From NCBI GenBank assembly GCA_029856045.1, contig JAHQWG010000016.1:320001-384000 (forward strand): DNA of 64,000 bases. The letters run 5' to 3'. Source of the DNA: Promethearchaeia archaeon. GTDB lineage: Archaea > Asgardarchaeota > Lokiarchaeia > Sigyniarchaeales > SOKP01. The translations under genes and the position numbers were made by a program. The notes under the pieces were generated by a model. The model was not told the DNA's origin. It saw nothing but the letters and a program-made list of their open reading frames with translations, and did no database searches. This document shows positions 60,038 to 64,000 of this stretch, piece by piece; positions within the stretch are counted from its first letter, which is position 1; every line of letters begins with the position of its first letter.

Positions 60038-61093
60038 CTAAATAATAAATAGGAAACTCATCAACCAGATTATTAGAATAACTATAATATCAAAAATAAT
60101 TCTAACATTTCTATCCATTTTTGTCTCATCTAATTTTTGGTTTTTATTAAAATAATTTTTAATATCTTTAAAAATATAATTAATTCCCTTTTTAACACGA
60201 GAAAACTGAAAAATACCAAAAATAATTCCAATAACTATTAATGGCATATATAGAAGAAGTAATAAATCAAAAAATGATCCACCTCGGATGAAATACCATA
60301 AAGTAACGGCTGCAATAATATTTGATATAGTATGAGCAAAAATTAATGGAAAAAGCCATTTTTTACGAGTAAGAAAAGATGCAGTAATAAAACCAATAAT
60401 TGTGGCAATAATTCCCCAAAAAATCGGATAGAGTGGGTTATGTCCAGGAAAATTAGGAGAAAATATATACGCGAAGTGACTTAAGCCAAAAAAAATAGAG
60501 GAAATTATAATAGCGGAAAATTTACCAAGATATTGTTCTCCACGATTAATGAAAAGACCACGATAGATCCACTCTTCTTTAAAAGATGAGAGAAATTGTA
60601 TAATTATTGCTGAAATGAGAAAAATAAATACTTCTTCACCTAAATATGAACCAAGTGTATTATTAAAAATAACATCCGATTCAAATTCTAAATAACCGGG
60701 AAGTAAATAACTGAATAAACTGAATGGAATATATACAATAAAAAGTAATAAGAAACCCCATAGTAGTTGATATTTAAAATTCCTTTTTTTAATCTTTAGC
60801 AATAATAATTGTTGTTTTGAGGAGGATATATCAGATTCTACAATTAATTTTTGTTGTTTTGGCTGTAAAATAATATTGACTACAAATAAAAATATTGGAA
60901 CTGCGATTAAAGCTGCAACTAATTTGAATAAATGATAGAAATAGGTGTCAATTAATGTGGATGTTTGAAATAATGATCTTATTGCATTAAAAATAAAGTT
61001 AAAGATTGTAATTCCTATAAAAACAATAAATAATTCGATTAAAAAATAAATTCTATTATTAAGAATTTCAATTCTTCTATTAGTTTCGGTCAA
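60038..61093 (-). CDS. CPBP (Abi/CAAX Rce1-like) intramembrane metalloprotease
   Basis: EEWIYRG, FGLSH, AHTISN motifs; multi-TM. Confidence 0.9.
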   Translation of the reverse strand: MTETNRRIEILNNRIYFLIELFIVFIGITIFNFIFNAIRSLFQTSTLIDTYFYHLFKLVAALIAVPIFLFVVNIILQPKQQKLIVESDISSSKQQLLLLKIKKRNFKYQLLWGFLLLFIVYIPFSLFSYLLPGYLEFESDVIFNNTLGSYLGEEVFIFLISAIIIQFLSSFKEEWIYRGLFINRGEQYLGKFSAIIISSIFFGLSHFAYIFSPNFPGHNPLYPIFWGIIATIIGFITASFLTRKKWLFPLIFAHTISNIIAAVTLWYFIRGGSFFDLLLLLYMPLIVIGIIFGIFQFSRVKKGINYIFKDIKNYFNKNQKLDETKMDRNVRIIFDIIVILIIWLMSFLFII

Positions 61094-61235
61094 TATGGGT
61101 TCTATCTTAAATTAATTTTAATTAATTCTATTATATATTAGGTATTTTTTATCTATTTAGATTCGTATTTAAAGATAGAGTTATACAATAAGAGAAAAAA
61201 GAGGATTTAATATTTTTAACTATTTCGAATTATTT

Positions 61236-61865
61236 TTACCTTTTAAGAGTTAAAATTCCATTCTCAATAAACCACGCTAAGTTTCCAAAGAGAAATAACC
61301 ATTCTGCAAAACTTTGAAATTCCGGACATAATCCAGGATTTATCTTGTTTAAAATCAATAATATTAGATATAAAGCAAAAAGAAATGCTACTATAAGGTT
61401 CGAAATTGCTTGTAGTTTTGAAAATTCTGGAATTTTGAATTCTAAGATTGCATATATTATTAGATATAATATTCCCGTAAAAAAGAAAACATATTCTGAG
61501 TTTAAATGCATATCTGGAGAATCAATTTTGTTGAATATTGCTAATAAAATCATGCTAAATGCTGAAACGGAGCCTAAAATAAAACATAGCCAAGTCCCCT
61601 TAGTATTTGCACCTTTATTTTGTAAATAACGAGTAAAATCTATGAAGAAAATAATCACAAAAAAACCTGTAATAATCCAGCAAATATTAAATATTATGTA
61701 ATTAATGTTAGTTGGGGCTCCCATATCGCTGATGTGATGAATAAATAAGCTAAAATTAGGTTCTACTACTATGGCAGTAATAAGTCCTATTAGAAAAATT
61801 GTTACCCCTATAAATACAAAATAACCTCCATGAAATTTTTTGAAAAAATTGTCAATCCTTTCCAT
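61236..61865 (-). CDS. DUF998 / Frag1-DRAM-like membrane protein
   Basis: ISDMG, H in TM4, EW in last TM; about 6 TM. Confidence 0.7.
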   Translation of the reverse strand: MERIDNFFKKFHGGYFVFIGVTIFLIGLITAIVVEPNFSLFIHHISDMGAPTNINYIIFNICWIITGFFVIIFFIDFTRYLQNKGANTKGTWLCFILGSVSAFSMILLAIFNKIDSPDMHLNSEYVFFFTGILYLIIYAILEFKIPEFSKLQAISNLIVAFLFALYLILLILNKINPGLCPEFQSFAEWLFLFGNLAWFIENGILTLKR

Positions 61866-62005
61866 TATATTTCACTTTTTCTTAAAATATTTTAAATATA
61901 ATTCATCTCCATAGGTATTTAATATTTCATTATTAGATTTTGAAATTTACTTTTAAAAAAAGTATTCAACAATAAAATTTGATATTATGAATGATAATCT
62001 AAAAA

Positions 62006-63199
62006 TTAGATTTGTTCGTAATGAAAATCTCCATAAGGAGAAATTATCTCTAAATTATTACGTTCTTTTACCTTTTCGCAATGACCAATAATCTTTGCAT
62101 CTATTCCAAAACCCTTGGATATTTTTATAATATTTTCAGCTGAATCCTGATCAGTCATTATTTCCAGACGATGTCCCATATTGAAAACTTGAAACATTTC
62201 TTTCCAGCTAGCATTTGATGAATCTTGTATTATTTTAAAAATCGGAGGAACTTCAAATAAGTCATTTTTTATGTATTTTATACTTTTTCCAAAATTAAGG
62301 CACTTAGTTTGCCCCCCACCTGTATTATGGATAATACCGTGAATTTTTTCTCTATTGTTATGAAATACATCTAATAGAATTGGCGTATAAGTTCTCGTAG
62401 GAGATAAAAGAGCTCTCCCAATTGATATAGGTAATCCATCAACTTTATCACTTATCTTATATTTTCCGAAAAAAACACTATTCTCATCCATTTTTTCGTC
62501 GTAACATTCAGGATATTTATCATAATATTCATGGTTCAACGTTCCGTGTCTTGCGAGGGTCAATCCATTACTACCAATACCACTATTATATTCTTTTTCG
62601 TAATTGCATTTTCCATAACTGGCTAATCCAACAATATAATCATTGTGTTGAATATTACTTGCATCAATTACATCCTTTTTTCTCAAAGTAGTAAAAACGG
62701 TAACACTTACAACCAAGGTTTTTATGATATCCCCTATATCTTCAGTTTCTCCACCACATGTAATAATGGGTAGTCCAAATGTTGTCAATTTTCGAGAAAA
62801 ATTTTCTATCTCGTTAATTAATGTTGAAAGGATTTGACCAGTAATTAATTTTTTATTTCGTCCAATTGTATTTGATAATATGATTTTATCATTTACTCCC
62901 ACGCATAATAAGTCATCAATATTCATAACTATTGCATCTTGGACTACATCTTTAAAAACGGAAATATCCCCTGTCTCTTTATAATATAGATACGCAAGAT
63001 TTGCTTTTGTTCCAGCACTATCTGAATGAAATATCGAACAATAATCTTCTCTACCAGCAATATCCTCTACTATTTTGCAAAAAGCTCCAGGATATAAACC
63101 CTTATCAATATCTTTTATTGCTTGGTGCAGTTCTTTTTTTTCAGCTGAAACTCCCAGTTTCGAATAAATACTCGGCTCTTTATCGTCCATATTCATCAA
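62006..63199 (-). CDS. purM: AIR synthase (PurM), long bacterial-type variant
   Basis: GVSA, DSAGTK, MNIDDLLCVG, GGET, GSNG.TLARH, LSPTRTY, HNTGGG, FNMGHR. Confidence 0.88.
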   Translation of the reverse strand: MMNMDDKEPSIYSKLGVSAEKKELHQAIKDIDKGLYPGAFCKIVEDIAGREDYCSIFHSDSAGTKANLAYLYYKETGDISVFKDVVQDAIVMNIDDLLCVGVNDKIILSNTIGRNKKLITGQILSTLINEIENFSRKLTTFGLPIITCGGETEDIGDIIKTLVVSVTVFTTLRKKDVIDASNIQHNDYIVGLASYGKCNYEKEYNSGIGSNGLTLARHGTLNHEYYDKYPECYDEKMDENSVFFGKYKISDKVDGLPISIGRALLSPTRTYTPILLDVFHNNREKIHGIIHNTGGGQTKCLNFGKSIKYIKNDLFEVPPIFKIIQDSSNASWKEMFQVFNMGHRLEIMTDQDSAENIIKISKGFGIDAKIIGHCEKVKERNNLEIISPYGDFHYEQI

Positions 63200-63217
63200 A
63201 TGTTTTATTGACTAAAT

Positions 63218-64000
63218 TTATTTTGTGATCTTATACTTTTCTCTTAAATATTTTATGAGTTTTTCAACTTGGGTTATGGCAGTTCCTAAATATTTTTCTG
63301 GAGTTAATAATTCATCCAATTCTTTATTTGAAAATTTTGATTTTACTTCATGAATTTCCATGAAGACTTCTTTAAGTGATTTATCCTCTTTTCTCGCTTT
63401 AATAATCATTTTTCTTAACAATTCATGAGCATCTTGCCTTCCAATTCCTCTTTTAACAAGTTCAACCATTATCCTTTCTGCTAATATGGCACCCCTTGTT
63501 AAATGAAGGTTTTTTTTAATATTTTGTTCATTTATTTCCAAATTTCTTAAATTCTGTTCCAATTGGGAAAGAACAAAATCTAAAAAGATGAAGTTTTCAG
63601 GGATTATTACTCTTTCTGAGGCAGAATTTGTCATATCCCTCTCATCCTCTAATACCATATTATCTAATGCAACAATCGCATTAGATTTAATTACCCTTCC
63701 CAAACTACATATTCTTTCAGATTTATAAGGGTTCCGCTTATGTGGCATTGTAGAGCTCCCAACTTGTGTATCTTTCTTGAATGGTTCATACATTTCTCCA
63801 ATTTCAGTTCTCTGGAGGATTCTAAATTCTCTTGCAATTTTACTACAAGTACCTGCTATTAATGCAGTTAGTAATATGGCTTCAGCGATTCTATCTCTCT
63901 GTATAACTTGATTTGCAATTAACACCGGGTTTAGTTTTAATTGTTGCATAACTTCTTGTTGTATTTCAAATCCTTTATCTCCAAAACTTGCCATTGTTCC
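63218..64000 (-). CDS. purB: Adenylosuccinate lyase, partial (5' end beyond window)
   Basis: GSSTMPHKRNP signature, ERD..NS. Confidence 0.94.
   Translation of the reverse strand, partial: GTMASFGDKGFEIQQEVMQQLKLNPVLIANQVIQRDRIAEAILLTALIAGTCSKIAREFRILQRTEIGEMYEPFKKDTQVGSSTMPHKRNPYKSERICSLGRVIKSNAIVALDNMVLEDERDMTNSASERVIIPENFIFLDFVLSQLEQNLRNLEINEQNIKKNLHLTRGAILAERIMVELVKRGIGRQDAHELLRKMIIKARKEDKSLKEVFMEIHEVKSKFSNKELDELLTPEKYLGTAITQVEKLIKYLREKYKITK

Noticed and set aside
1-64000. Stop-codon reassignment
   Set aside because: TAA, TAG and TGA all terminate conserved genes at the expected positions (e.g. TGA for gatE, rrp41, fen; TAG for rnhB, pyrK).

Overview
AT-rich archaeal chromosomal segment made up mostly of core genes, very probably from an Asgard archaeon of the Lokiarchaeia type. 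The assignment rests on archaeal information-processing genes together with a profilin-like and a Roadblock/LC7 eukaryotic-signature protein. Contents: SAM synthetase; the nop5/fibrillarin/RNase HII/pyrDK/elp3/gatDE/uL2 block; four tRNAs, one of them tRNA-Lys(CTT) with a 30-nt intron in the T-loop; the proteasome-exosome superoperon extended with an ECF transporter and KEOPS/t6A genes; a four-subunit 2-oxoacid:ferredoxin oxidoreductase; PPi-type PFK; glycerol kinase-like and GDPD genes; HerA, Cdc48, FEN1, aIF5A and SRP54; pyrC, nadC, purM and purB. No CRISPR array, transposase, integrase or rRNA was seen, and no single complete new system stands out. The most notable signals are: three genes that appear to start at ATT codons behind good Shine-Dalgarno motifs; the non-canonical tRNA intron; a GC-rich hairpin with a possible K-turn just upstream of srp54; an AN1-zinc-finger/M50 protease fusion missed by the ORF track; a JAMM protein with altered catalytic residues; a CAAX-protease/Vps29-like/Roadblock gene run; and a decayed NrdG-like remnant. 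All family assignments come from motif recognition by eye, not from database searches.
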